Part shown: one piece after another, positions 9,451-18,236 of the stretch
Position numbering within the stretch: position 1 is the stretch's first letter
Layout of the letters: each line of letters opens with the position of its first letter
Source: Chitinophagales bacterium
GTDB taxonomy: Bacteria; Bacteroidota; Bacteroidia; Chitinophagales; BACL12
Reading direction: 5' to 3'
Length of the DNA: 40,834 nucleotides
NCBI GenBank assembly: GCA_038223395.1
Contig: JBBRGZ010000003.1
Span: 1 to 40,834, forward strand
The notes under the pieces: generated by a model
The model's database searches: none
Seen by the model: the letters and a program-made list of their open reading frames with translations, nothing else
What the model was told of the DNA's origin: nothing
Translations under genes and position numbers: made by a program

Positions 9451-9634
9451 TGCAAAGGTAATAGATTTTACCCCGGAATAAGCAATATACCGAGTAACAA
9501 ATTATAGTTTGTAATAAAATCAGTTGTTTCCGCCCCAAAACAAACGATTTTCAATTGTTTGCTATTCTGGGTAACCCCAACTAAATCAATAGGTAAGTTG
9601 ATTTTTATTTGAATATTGATTAAATTGGGATTAA
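9451..9634. repeat. ~180-bp structured intergenic repeat, copy 1
   Basis: Colinear similarity to 17233-17410. The core 9558-9607 vs 17334-17383 is 47/50 identical. It contains two consecutive inverted-repeat units. Confidence 0.85.
9453..9460 (-). promoter_or_regulatory. Bacteroidota -7 box of the tRNA gene
   Basis: TACCTTTG(CA) on the minus strand, 9 nt upstream of the tRNA 5' end. Confidence 0.75.
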
Positions 9635-9640
9635 TCAAAA

Positions 9641-10405
9641 TTAGAAAGCCAGGTATCCAAATGCAATAGTTGGAACAGCAAAAAAGAATGCTCTAGTATT
9701 AATAAGTGTTGTTTGCTGCGGATAAGCATCACTTACAAATTGATATTCGGCTCCAAGTAATGCATTATCGAAATTAACTGACGAAACTGCATTGTCGAAA
9801 AAATATCCTGCTTCCAATGATATATCCATAGTGAGTTTATCGTAGAATATTGTTTTTACTCCATAGCTCACTGATAAACCTATTGAACTTACTTTGTCCC
9901 ATTTGAAATTAGCCAAAGGTTCCGGAACTGAATTTCTGCTGAATTCGCTTTGCACGAGTGCTGTTGAATACGAATATCGAGTTACATAAAATCCAAAATA
10001 TTTACCTAATGGTGCAGCAGTTGGTGTTGTATATGATTTATAACCAAATGCAAACATATTGCCCTTGCTTTCAATGCCAACTAAATCTGTTATATCGGTT
10101 GCAGTGGAGTAATAATTAATATTTGAAGTATAATTAAAGGGATTATAACGAAACACTAATGAACCACTGTTAAACACGGTATATTCTAAATTTACTTTTA
10201 TAAGGTGTTTAAATAGAATGGGGTCATTGGCATCATCATAATAGTCGTCAGCCAATCCATAACTAAAATATTTTGCCGACAAATTACTCACCGGTGAATA
10301 TCCAAGTTCTGCCATAAATTTTTTACCCTGGTAACCAATTGCTTGTGCAAACATTGCAGATTGCAGCAATAAAAAAGAAGCTATAATTAAAAAACGATTT
10401 TTCAT
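9641..10405 (-). CDS. Hypothetical outer-membrane beta-barrel-like protein
   Basis: Signal peptide (..AMFA|Q), alternating hydrophobic strands and C-terminal ...IAFGYLAF with a terminal Phe. Confidence 0.65.
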   Translation of the reverse strand: MKNRFLIIASFLLLQSAMFAQAIGYQGKKFMAELGYSPVSNLSAKYFSYGLADDYYDDANDPILFKHLIKVNLEYTVFNSGSLVFRYNPFNYTSNINYYSTATDITDLVGIESKGNMFAFGYKSYTTPTAAPLGKYFGFYVTRYSYSTALVQSEFSRNSVPEPLANFKWDKVSSIGLSVSYGVKTIFYDKLTMDISLEAGYFFDNAVSSVNFDNALLGAEYQFVSDAYPQQTTLINTRAFFFAVPTIAFGYLAF

Positions 10406-10430
10406 TTCGGATACATTGTGTATGGTTTAA

Positions 10431-12767
10431 CTATTTAGGTTTGGTGCTTATTTCATATAACATTTCGTATGTATGCGAATTGAGTATGGCGCGAGTATCA
10501 TTATTGTCGAGAAATAAGAATTTTAATACATTGGCTTCACGCGTTTTAACGTTGTATAACAAACTCAAATAAAAGAACTCATAATCAGGCGCTACTAATT
10601 GATAAATGCCATAAGGCAGCAGCGGAATAAAAAATGGAGATAAAGCAATATATACAATAGGTCCTAAAATATTTTGTTTGTCGCGCAAAGAAATAATACC
10701 CGTCCATAAAAAATAATCCGTTTCATATTTATTTGCAATGGAATCTATCATGCCTTGATTATAACCGGGCATATTAATGCTTCCAAAATCTAGTTGTTCT
10801 GAAAACCAATCGTTCAAATTAACAATGTCGGTAAATTTCTCTGCGTCGTTTTGCTCAAGTTGCAGTGGGTCCATAATTTCAAGATTCATGTCGAGTAATG
10901 CGGCATTATCTTTTAATATTTGCAAATAATTGATTTCACCTTCCTCGCCGGAAACATATTCTACTCCGCCGTTTTTGCGCAGGTCAATGCGTTTATAAAA
11001 TGGGTCTACCACAACTACTTTATCAATACCAAGTTTATGACCATTAAAATAATCGCGTGTATCTCCTTTGTTGGTATATTTAATTCCGGCCTTTCTGTAA
11101 TCTTTTGCATTTTGCTCCCGCAAATCGCGTTCGTCAACTGCTGTATTCCATAATTTTCTGAAATCCGGATTTTTCCAATAATCGTAATAAGCATAAAGCA
11201 ATGGCTTTTTATATTTATCGGCGCGAATTTTTTCTGTTGATGCGCGTTTTGCTCTTACGGTTGTGGTTTTTCTTGTTTTTTTGGTTGATTTTTCGCTGAT
11301 AACAACTTTTAGTTTAGGATTTGCATTATCCGAAAGCGTGTATAAGCTATCACGAGAAATTGTTTTGTCCTCATAAAAATCATGCGCATCATTAAAATGA
11401 TAAAACACTAAATCGTTTACGAGCGATTTGCAAATTGGCATTATTTCTTGATCTTCAGGATATTTTAAATGCAAATTAAAGGAATAGTTTAATGCCATTA
11501 CATTTAATTCTACATCGTTCATTGCCCAGAGTAAAAAATATAATTGCTGTTGTTCGCCTTCGTAGGTTTCGAAACGCGCTTTTTCGGCGTACACCTCATC
11601 CTCTGTGGAGTTTCTGAATTTTGTTAGTCCGGTTAACGATTTTGCAATTATTTTTTCAAAATATTTACTCGAAGTGTCTTTTTGAAGAATTAAATACGAA
11701 GCATAAATGGCGTCCTGAAAATAATTATTGTGCAAATAAAACATTGGTAATTCGTATCGCGCAATGTGACGCAATTCAATAAAGGTATTTTCTGAAACGA
11801 GGTAAGCGCTGCGATTATCTTTAGTTACATTCAACATATAATCCCTCACTGCTTTTCTTCTTTCTGCAATACTTGGGTGGGTGCTTTTATTTGCTTCTTT
11901 GGCAGAAACAGTTTCCTGTACTCCTGTAATACGTTTTACAGAATCTAATTGCAAATTTTTGGAGATTACATAATTTGGTCCTTCAAAAAATTCAATTGGA
12001 AACCTTTTATTTTCGTAAGGTAAATAGGAATATTTCAGTACATCAAAAACATCGTCTAAGGTGGTTGTATCTGCATAATATTTGGTGCGTATTAATGTTT
12101 GAATACCAAAATCATCTGCCTCTGTTTCCAGAGTTTGGGAATACCTGTTTTTGGTAACCATTGTGTTGTCGAAAGAAGACTTTTTAAGAAGCGAATTATT
12201 AGAACTTTTTTTATCAATTTCGGTCGCCTCAACATAAAAATCCAATCCATGATTTTTTGCAATGTGACCGATTTCATGTCCCATTATATAAGCAAGTTCA
12301 GCTTCGTTATCGAGCATTGCAATAAGCCCCATACTAATAAATATGTTTCCACCTTCGCCCGCAAATGCATTTACAACAGGTGAGCGCAATAAATAAAAAT
12401 GTACTTTACTGCGCAACTCCGGATCTCCTTTTAATAAAATATCTGCTATATGATCAAGGTAGGCGTTGTATTCAGGATTGAACAACACGGTTCCACTGCG
12501 CATCATTTCATCAATTGAAAATCCGCTCTCAAGATAATATTGTTGTTGCGTTTTTTGATCCGACTTTGAAAGGTCGGATTCAATAATTTGTATTTCGTTG
12601 TAGTATTTTTCTGTGGAGGGCGTATATACCTCGGAAGGGAGTGAACCGGTATTGGTAATTCGCTGGTAATCTCCCTTAACCTGGCCTTTGCAAATTTGCA
12701 TGCAAAGTATAGTTAAGCAAATGAGCAATATTTTATTCAAGGCTGTGTGGATTATATTTCTATACAA
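10431..12767 (-). CDS. M48 family zinc metallopeptidase with a long C-terminal extension
   Basis: NAF..GG.IF...GL..L.NEAELA.I.GHEIGH (HExxH), E.EAD..G and STHPS..ER motifs. An N-terminal signal peptide is present. Confidence 0.9.
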   Translation of the reverse strand: MYRNIIHTALNKILLICLTILCMQICKGQVKGDYQRITNTGSLPSEVYTPSTEKYYNEIQIIESDLSKSDQKTQQQYYLESGFSIDEMMRSGTVLFNPEYNAYLDHIADILLKGDPELRSKVHFYLLRSPVVNAFAGEGGNIFISMGLIAMLDNEAELAYIMGHEIGHIAKNHGLDFYVEATEIDKKSSNNSLLKKSSFDNTMVTKNRYSQTLETEADDFGIQTLIRTKYYADTTTLDDVFDVLKYSYLPYENKRFPIEFFEGPNYVISKNLQLDSVKRITGVQETVSAKEANKSTHPSIAERRKAVRDYMLNVTKDNRSAYLVSENTFIELRHIARYELPMFYLHNNYFQDAIYASYLILQKDTSSKYFEKIIAKSLTGLTKFRNSTEDEVYAEKARFETYEGEQQQLYFLLWAMNDVELNVMALNYSFNLHLKYPEDQEIMPICKSLVNDLVFYHFNDAHDFYEDKTISRDSLYTLSDNANPKLKVVISEKSTKKTRKTTTVRAKRASTEKIRADKYKKPLLYAYYDYWKNPDFRKLWNTAVDERDLREQNAKDYRKAGIKYTNKGDTRDYFNGHKLGIDKVVVVDPFYKRIDLRKNGGVEYVSGEEGEINYLQILKDNAALLDMNLEIMDPLQLEQNDAEKFTDIVNLNDWFSEQLDFGSINMPGYNQGMIDSIANKYETDYFLWTGIISLRDKQNILGPIVYIALSPFFIPLLPYGIYQLVAPDYEFFYLSLLYNVKTREANVLKFLFLDNNDTRAILNSHTYEMLYEISTKPK

Positions 12768-12819
12768 TAATAATAATTTTTATTTAAATGGTAAGAACCC
12801 TGTATTATGGGACACGTTT

Positions 12820-12908
12820 TTCTGAGTTCTGGGTTTAGGGTTCTGGGTTCTGAGTTCTGGGGCTGCGTGCAGACTTCGTCTGGCAGGTTCTGGGTTCTAT
12901 GTTTTGTG
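12820..12908 (+). repeat. Heptamer tandem repeat (TTCTGRG) interrupted by a small hairpin
   Basis: TTCTGAG TTCTGGG TTTAGGG TTCTGGG TTCTGAG TTCTGGG, then a 26-nt insert containing CAGAC-TTC-GTCTG, then TTCTGGG TTCTATG TTTTGTG. Confidence 0.85.
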
Positions 12909-12961
12909 TTTTTGGGACTTGGGGGACGGTGCGGACACTGATTTGTTTGATTAATTAATTG

Positions 12962-13025
12962 GAAATGTTGCAGAAGTGTCCCTTCTTCAAATTAAATTAA
13001 TTAAATCTGAAGGACACTGCTGCTA
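12962..13025. repeat. REP-like palindromic intergenic element, copy 2
   Basis: 54/64 identical to 5050-5113. Arms GCAGAAGTGTCCCTTC ... GAAGGACACTGCTGC. Confidence 0.75.
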
Positions 13026-13030
13026 ACTGA

Positions 13031-15199
13031 TTATGGTTTATCTTTTAGCGTGAGGTGTTGAATTCCAACATTCCACATTGTAAAACTCATCCAATCGGCG
13101 TCTTCTTGAATAGTTTTTGTAAGTGGTTTTCCTGCTCCGTGTCCGGCTTCGGTATCGATACGAATGAGGCAAGGTGGACCATCGGCAACTTGATTTGCTT
13201 GTAGAGTTGCAGCAAATTTAAATGAATGTCCCGGCACTACACGATCGTCGTGATCGGCAGTTGTTACAAGAGTTGCAGGATATTTTGTGCCCGGTTTGAG
13301 ATTGTGCAGCGGCGAATATTTATATAAATAATTAAATGCTTCTGCAGAACTATCAGCGCAACCATATTCAGTTATCCAACCGTGGCCGACAGTAAATTTA
13401 TGATAACGCAACATGTCCATAACGCCAACTCCGGGTAAGGCAACTGCATATAAATCAGGGCGCTGTGTCATGCATGCGCCAACTAATAATCCGCCGTTGC
13501 TTCTTCCTGAAATTGCAAGTTTTTTATTTGAGGTATAGCCTTTATCAATTAAATATTCTGCAGCAGAAATAAAATCGTCGAAAACATTTTGTTTCTTTTC
13601 AAACATTGCTGCTTCGTGCCAAACCTCACCATACTCAGAACCACCTCGAATATTAGCAAGTGCAAAAACAAATCCCTGTTCAAGTAATGCTAAACGTGAT
13701 GCATTAAATGAAGGAGGAATTGCAATATTAAATCCGCCATAACCATATAATAAACAGGGATTATTGCCATCCATTTTCATGCCTCTTTTATGCACGATAA
13801 ACATGGGTATTTTAGTGCCGTCTTTGCTTGGATAAAATACTTGATTCATTTCATAATCTGAAGCATCGAATTTAATTTCAGATTTTTTGTATAGGTCTAA
13901 TTTTCCATCGCTGATATTGTATTTATAAATATCGGCAGGTGATAAGAAAGTGGTAAAAGAAAAGAATACAAATGCATCATCCTTTTCTCCACTAAAACCG
14001 GCTACATTTCCACCAACACCATCATTTGGCAATGCAATTTGGCGTTCAGGTTTTCCTATTCTTGAAAATTGATAAACAACTGGTTTTACATCTTTTAAAT
14101 ATGAAGCAAATATTTTTCCACCTGCTAACGACACATTACTTAAAATTTCGTCCTGTTGTGCGATAATGACTTTCCAATTTTCAGGAGCAGCATTTTTTGG
14201 ATCAACTTGAACAACTTTATAATTTGGTGCTTGATAATTTGTAAGAACAATTAATTTATTTTCGTCGTTATCCAATACGGTATATTCATTTTCGAAACCT
14301 TCAAATAATACTTTTAATGGGTCGTTTGGAATTGTTAAATCTTTCCACATAATTTTTGCACCTGAAGTGCCCGGACTAATATTTATAAATAAATAATGTT
14401 CGTCTTCTGTAGTTTGTGAAAATAAATAATAAGTTGGATTTGCGGGATCGGAATAAATTAATTTATCTGCTTTTTGTTCAGTTCCTAATTTATGGAAATA
14501 TACTTTTTGATTAATACTATTTCCGGTAAAAGTTTTGCTTGGTTTATCGTAAGCGCTATAATAAAATCCGTCTTTAGTCCAAGCGGCGCTACTAAATTTA
14601 ACCCACTCAAGTTTGTCAGCAAGAAAAGTATTTGAAGCTACGTCTTTCACTAATAAAGTTGTCCAGTCGCTCCCTGCGCCACTTTGCGCAATCGCAAGAT
14701 ATTTTCTGTCGTTGGAAAATCCTGCAAAATTTTGAACAATAGTGCCGTCTTTCGATAATGTATTGGGATCAATAAATACCTTTTCTTCGCCATCCAATCC
14801 TTCGCGATAATATGTAATTGCTTGATTTTGTAAGCCCTCTTGTTTCGTGTAAAAGTAATATTTACCTGAGCGATATGGCACACTCATTTTTGCATATTGT
14901 GCTAACTCCGTTAAACGTTCTTTAAGTTGATTTCGATAGGGGATTTGCGCGAGGTAATCGTAGGTAATGCCATTCTCTGCGCCAATCCAGTTGCTCACTG
15001 CAGTATCTTGTCCGGCTTCACCTTCAAGCCAACGATATGGGTCTTTTACGGTTGTGCCAAAATACACTGATGACGAATCTGCCATTGCAGTAGTGGGATA
15101 ATTTACTTTGCCCGGTCCTGTCACCATTTCTTCTTTGGGTTGTGATTTACAAGAAATAATTGTTATACAGGCTGCTGATATAATTAAATAATTTTTCAT
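13031..15199 (-). CDS. Prolyl oligopeptidase (S9A), lipoprotein
   Basis: DPYRWLE, LYGYGGF, RGG.EYGE.WH, catalytic GRSNGG, ADHDDRVVP.HS.KF and AGHGAGKP motifs. Lipobox IISC. Confidence 0.96.
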   Translation of the reverse strand: MKNYLIISAACITIISCKSQPKEEMVTGPGKVNYPTTAMADSSSVYFGTTVKDPYRWLEGEAGQDTAVSNWIGAENGITYDYLAQIPYRNQLKERLTELAQYAKMSVPYRSGKYYFYTKQEGLQNQAITYYREGLDGEEKVFIDPNTLSKDGTIVQNFAGFSNDRKYLAIAQSGAGSDWTTLLVKDVASNTFLADKLEWVKFSSAAWTKDGFYYSAYDKPSKTFTGNSINQKVYFHKLGTEQKADKLIYSDPANPTYYLFSQTTEDEHYLFINISPGTSGAKIMWKDLTIPNDPLKVLFEGFENEYTVLDNDENKLIVLTNYQAPNYKVVQVDPKNAAPENWKVIIAQQDEILSNVSLAGGKIFASYLKDVKPVVYQFSRIGKPERQIALPNDGVGGNVAGFSGEKDDAFVFFSFTTFLSPADIYKYNISDGKLDLYKKSEIKFDASDYEMNQVFYPSKDGTKIPMFIVHKRGMKMDGNNPCLLYGYGGFNIAIPPSFNASRLALLEQGFVFALANIRGGSEYGEVWHEAAMFEKKQNVFDDFISAAEYLIDKGYTSNKKLAISGRSNGGLLVGACMTQRPDLYAVALPGVGVMDMLRYHKFTVGHGWITEYGCADSSAEAFNYLYKYSPLHNLKPGTKYPATLVTTADHDDRVVPGHSFKFAATLQANQVADGPPCLIRIDTEAGHGAGKPLTKTIQEDADWMSFTMWNVGIQHLTLKDKP

Positions 15200-15327
15200 T
15201 AAAGGTTTATTTGTAAGTAAAAATACGTGTTCGATGTAAAATGCGCAAGATGTTGAAGGGATTTAACTCTTTTTACGACTTTTTACGATTAATTTGTTGA
15301 TTGAGTTATTTGAAAATGAGAAATAAA

Positions 15328-17217
15328 TTAAGGTTGTTTTAAAGCCAACCAACGCATCATATCGTTTTTTGTAATCATGCCAATCAATTCATTATCTTGA
15401 ACTACGGGCAAACTGCTTATCCAGTTTTCCTGCATTATTTTAAGTGCGTCTTCAATTTTTGCATCAGGTGCAATAGTTAAAATTTCTTTTCGCATTAATT
15501 TTTTAACAGGAATAGCATCTCCACCATCAAGGTTTTCGCCTAACTCTTTTAGGTGACCTGTGGTTACGATACCTAAAATGACACCTTTTTTATTTTCTAT
15601 AACTACGTGATTTATTTTATTCCAGACCATAATATTTTTAACAAGTGCAACTGGGTCGTCGGGATAAACTGTAAAAACTTCTGTACTCATTAATTGTTTA
15701 ATGAGCGTCATATTTCCTATCTGTTCTTTTACTGATGAAGCGATATCAATTCCTTCCCAAGCGCAAACCGGAATATTTTTTCTTTGATTATTGTACATAT
15801 TTTCCGTAAGCACCTTGAGTGCATCAGGCGTGTTCATTTCCTTTTTTAATTTGCGAAAATTTTTAATTTGCCATTGTGCGCCGGTATTTGTTTTTATGCG
15901 TTTTTCGATAACACCTAAATACAAAAATATTTCTTCATCTGTTATGCCGGATTTTTTTAATCCTTCGGCGGCAAGTGGAAGTAATTCATTTAAAATTAAT
16001 TCGCGAGCCGATATTTCTTTATCGCGCCATATAAATACACTTTCAATTCCTGTGCGTGCGGCTTTAAAAAAATTTGCTTTTACATCTCTAAAATCAAAGT
16101 GTTCCCATATTGTTTTTGCATTTTCGGGCATCCCTTTCATCAGGCCAATCCAAAACGCCATATTTGCAATCTCATCTTTAATTGTTGGCCCTGCAGGTAA
16201 ATATCTATTTTCAATTCTTAAGTGCGGTTTATTATCTGTAATGCCGTAACACATTCTATTCCAACGATAAATCGTACCATTGTGTAAACGCAAGGCACGT
16301 AGAGTTGGAACGATATTATTTTTTAAATTGTCGAGCGCATTATCTTCAATTACGTCTGGCATTAAAACTTCAAAACGCGTAATATCCTCACGATAAATTT
16401 CTGTTATAGAATTATAAATCCAGTCTTTACCAAAAGTAACTCTCGGACTTTGTTCTCGAATTTCATCCATACTTTGACGCGTATCTATACTTTGTTGAAA
16501 AAGTGCAATACGAATTTCGCTCCAGAGTTCTTTTCCTAATAATAAGGGCGAGTTTGATGTGGCTGCTAAAACTGGTGCTGAAATTGCAGAAGCCCAATTA
16601 TAGGAGGAAACAAAATCTTTCGGATTTATTTGTAAGTGCGTTTGAAAACTTGTGTTACACGCCTCAAACATAATACTATCGTGACGGATGTGTAATTCAT
16701 CTACTCCTTTTAAATATAAATCAAATTTTCTTCCTCTTAAATTTCTTAATTTTTTACTGAGTTGAAAATACCTTTCAAGTGGAGTTAAATAATCAAGCGT
16801 CATTTCGTTTCTTGAAATTGTAGGCAAAATACCAGCTAAAACTAATTTTGAATTAAACAATTGTGCTGCGGTATGCGCGCGTTCCATTTTGGCTAGTAAA
16901 TCTGCTTCAAGAGCGGTAAAACAACCGGGTTTTAACTCTATAGGAACTAAATTTATTTCGATATTAAATTTCGCTAATTCGGTAGTAAATGCCGTACTGT
17001 CGTTTATTTCATTTAAAATTTCTAGTGAATTATCGGCAGGTTTCCAGTCTGTATTTACGATACAAAGTTCCTGTTCGGCGCCAATACGCTGCTTATCGTC
17101 TTCAAAGTGTTTGTTATTTACCATTATCTCCAACGCTTCCATGTCGTGTAGAAGGGCTGTGATAAATTGGAGGTAATCGCTTTTCTTTTTGCTTATTGTA
17201 ATATTTGTTTCGCCCAT
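15328..17217 (-). CDS. Glutamate--cysteine ligase (GCS2)-like protein fused to a C-terminal CBS pair
   Basis: IGAEQE, TELAKFNIE.N, GILPT, EACNTSFQ.HLQ, NSPLL.G..LW.E.RI.LFQQS.D, HNGT.YRWNR and HLRIENR..PAGPT motifs. Two CBS motifs occupy the last ~125 aa. Confidence 0.82.
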   Translation of the reverse strand: MGETNITISKKKSDYLQFITALLHDMEALEIMVNNKHFEDDKQRIGAEQELCIVNTDWKPADNSLEILNEINDSTAFTTELAKFNIEINLVPIELKPGCFTALEADLLAKMERAHTAAQLFNSKLVLAGILPTISRNEMTLDYLTPLERYFQLSKKLRNLRGRKFDLYLKGVDELHIRHDSIMFEACNTSFQTHLQINPKDFVSSYNWASAISAPVLAATSNSPLLLGKELWSEIRIALFQQSIDTRQSMDEIREQSPRVTFGKDWIYNSITEIYREDITRFEVLMPDVIEDNALDNLKNNIVPTLRALRLHNGTIYRWNRMCYGITDNKPHLRIENRYLPAGPTIKDEIANMAFWIGLMKGMPENAKTIWEHFDFRDVKANFFKAARTGIESVFIWRDKEISARELILNELLPLAAEGLKKSGITDEEIFLYLGVIEKRIKTNTGAQWQIKNFRKLKKEMNTPDALKVLTENMYNNQRKNIPVCAWEGIDIASSVKEQIGNMTLIKQLMSTEVFTVYPDDPVALVKNIMVWNKINHVVIENKKGVILGIVTTGHLKELGENLDGGDAIPVKKLMRKEILTIAPDAKIEDALKIMQENWISSLPVVQDNELIGMITKNDMMRWLALKQP

Positions 17218-17232
17218 ATTTTCCCACTCAAT

Positions 17233-17410
17233 TGCAAAGGTAAAATTAACCCAGAATAAGCAAAAGAAATAGTAAAAAATGTGTTTGTAATGAAATCATC
17301 TATTTCAAGTCTATAACATGCCATTTCCAACTTTTTGCTATTCTGGGTAAACCCAACTAAATCAATAGGAAAATTGATTTTTAATGGTCTAATGCTTAAT
17401 TTGGGATTAA
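17233..17410. repeat. ~180-bp structured intergenic repeat, copy 2 (begins with the minus-strand -7 box at 17235-17242)
   Basis: See copy 1. Arms TAACCCAGAATAAGCAAAA / TTTTGCTATTCTGGGTAA, then CCCAACTAAATCAAT ... TTAATTTGGG. Confidence 0.85.
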
Positions 17411-17495
17411 GGCATTCTTATTAAAATGACCTTAATCATATACCAATATTATTTTCAAATTGTAATCTTAAAATTACAAATTGTATTTTCGATGT

Positions 17496-18194
17496 ATGAA
17501 TGCAGATACTGAAGAAATTCTTACTAAAATTCAAATAGACCCAAGCTGGAAAAAAGTTTTGAAGGGGGAATTTGTTTCTCCCTATTTTAGGCAAATTAAA
17601 AGCTTTTTACTAGAAGCGCAAGCGCAGGGTAAAACAGTGTATCCTCCGGGTAAAAGTATTTTCAGTGCATATAATCTAACGCCTTTTGATGCTGTTAAGG
17701 TTGTAATTTTGGGGCAGGACCCTTATCATGGCGCAGGGCAGGCAAATGGCTTGTGTTTTAGTGTGCCTGAAGGGGTAAAGCCACCACCTTCTTTGGGCAA
17801 TATTTATAAGGAATTGCACACTGATTTACAAATGGAAATTCCTCAAAGCGGTTCGTTAGAAAAATGGGCAAACCAAGGAGTATTTTTATTGAACACAATA
17901 CTTACAGTTGAAAAAGATAAGCCTGCAAGTCATCAGCATATTGGCTGGCAAAATTTTACCGATGCAACTATTAAAGCTTTAAATGCCGGCAGAGAAAAAC
18001 TTGTTTTTTTATTATGGGGTAATTATGCGCAGCAAAAAATGCATATGATTGATTCTGAAAAACACCTCATTTTAAGAACAACACATCCATCACCTTTTAG
18101 CGCGAATAATGGCTTTTTGGGTTCTAAACATTTTAGTAAGACGAATAGATATTTAATTGAAAATAATATGAGACCAATTGATTGGAGTTTATAA
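17496..18194 (+). CDS. ung: Uracil-DNA glycosylase, family 1
   Basis: VVILGQDPYHG, GLCFSV, PPSL.NIYKEL, GVFLLN..LTV and HPSPFSA motifs. The ATG at 17496 is preferred over the TTG at 17481. Confidence 0.97.
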   Translation: MNADTEEILTKIQIDPSWKKVLKGEFVSPYFRQIKSFLLEAQAQGKTVYPPGKSIFSAYNLTPFDAVKVVILGQDPYHGAGQANGLCFSVPEGVKPPPSLGNIYKELHTDLQMEIPQSGSLEKWANQGVFLLNTILTVEKDKPASHQHIGWQNFTDATIKALNAGREKLVFLLWGNYAQQKMHMIDSEKHLILRTTHPSPFSANNGFLGSKHFSKTNRYLIENNMRPIDWSL

Positions 18195-18236
18195 ATTTTA
18201 TGGCATTCATCCCTATTTCATTTTATAAATAAATAC

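Noticed and set aside
12820-13025. CRISPR array
   Set aside because: The repeats are 7-mers without unique spacers, and there are no cas genes in the window.
9370-17410. Genomic island integrated at tRNA-Arg and bounded by the 180-bp repeats
   Set aside because: The repeat lies at the tRNA 5' side, no duplicated tRNA 3' end or integrase is present, and the enclosed genes look like ordinary chromosomal genes.
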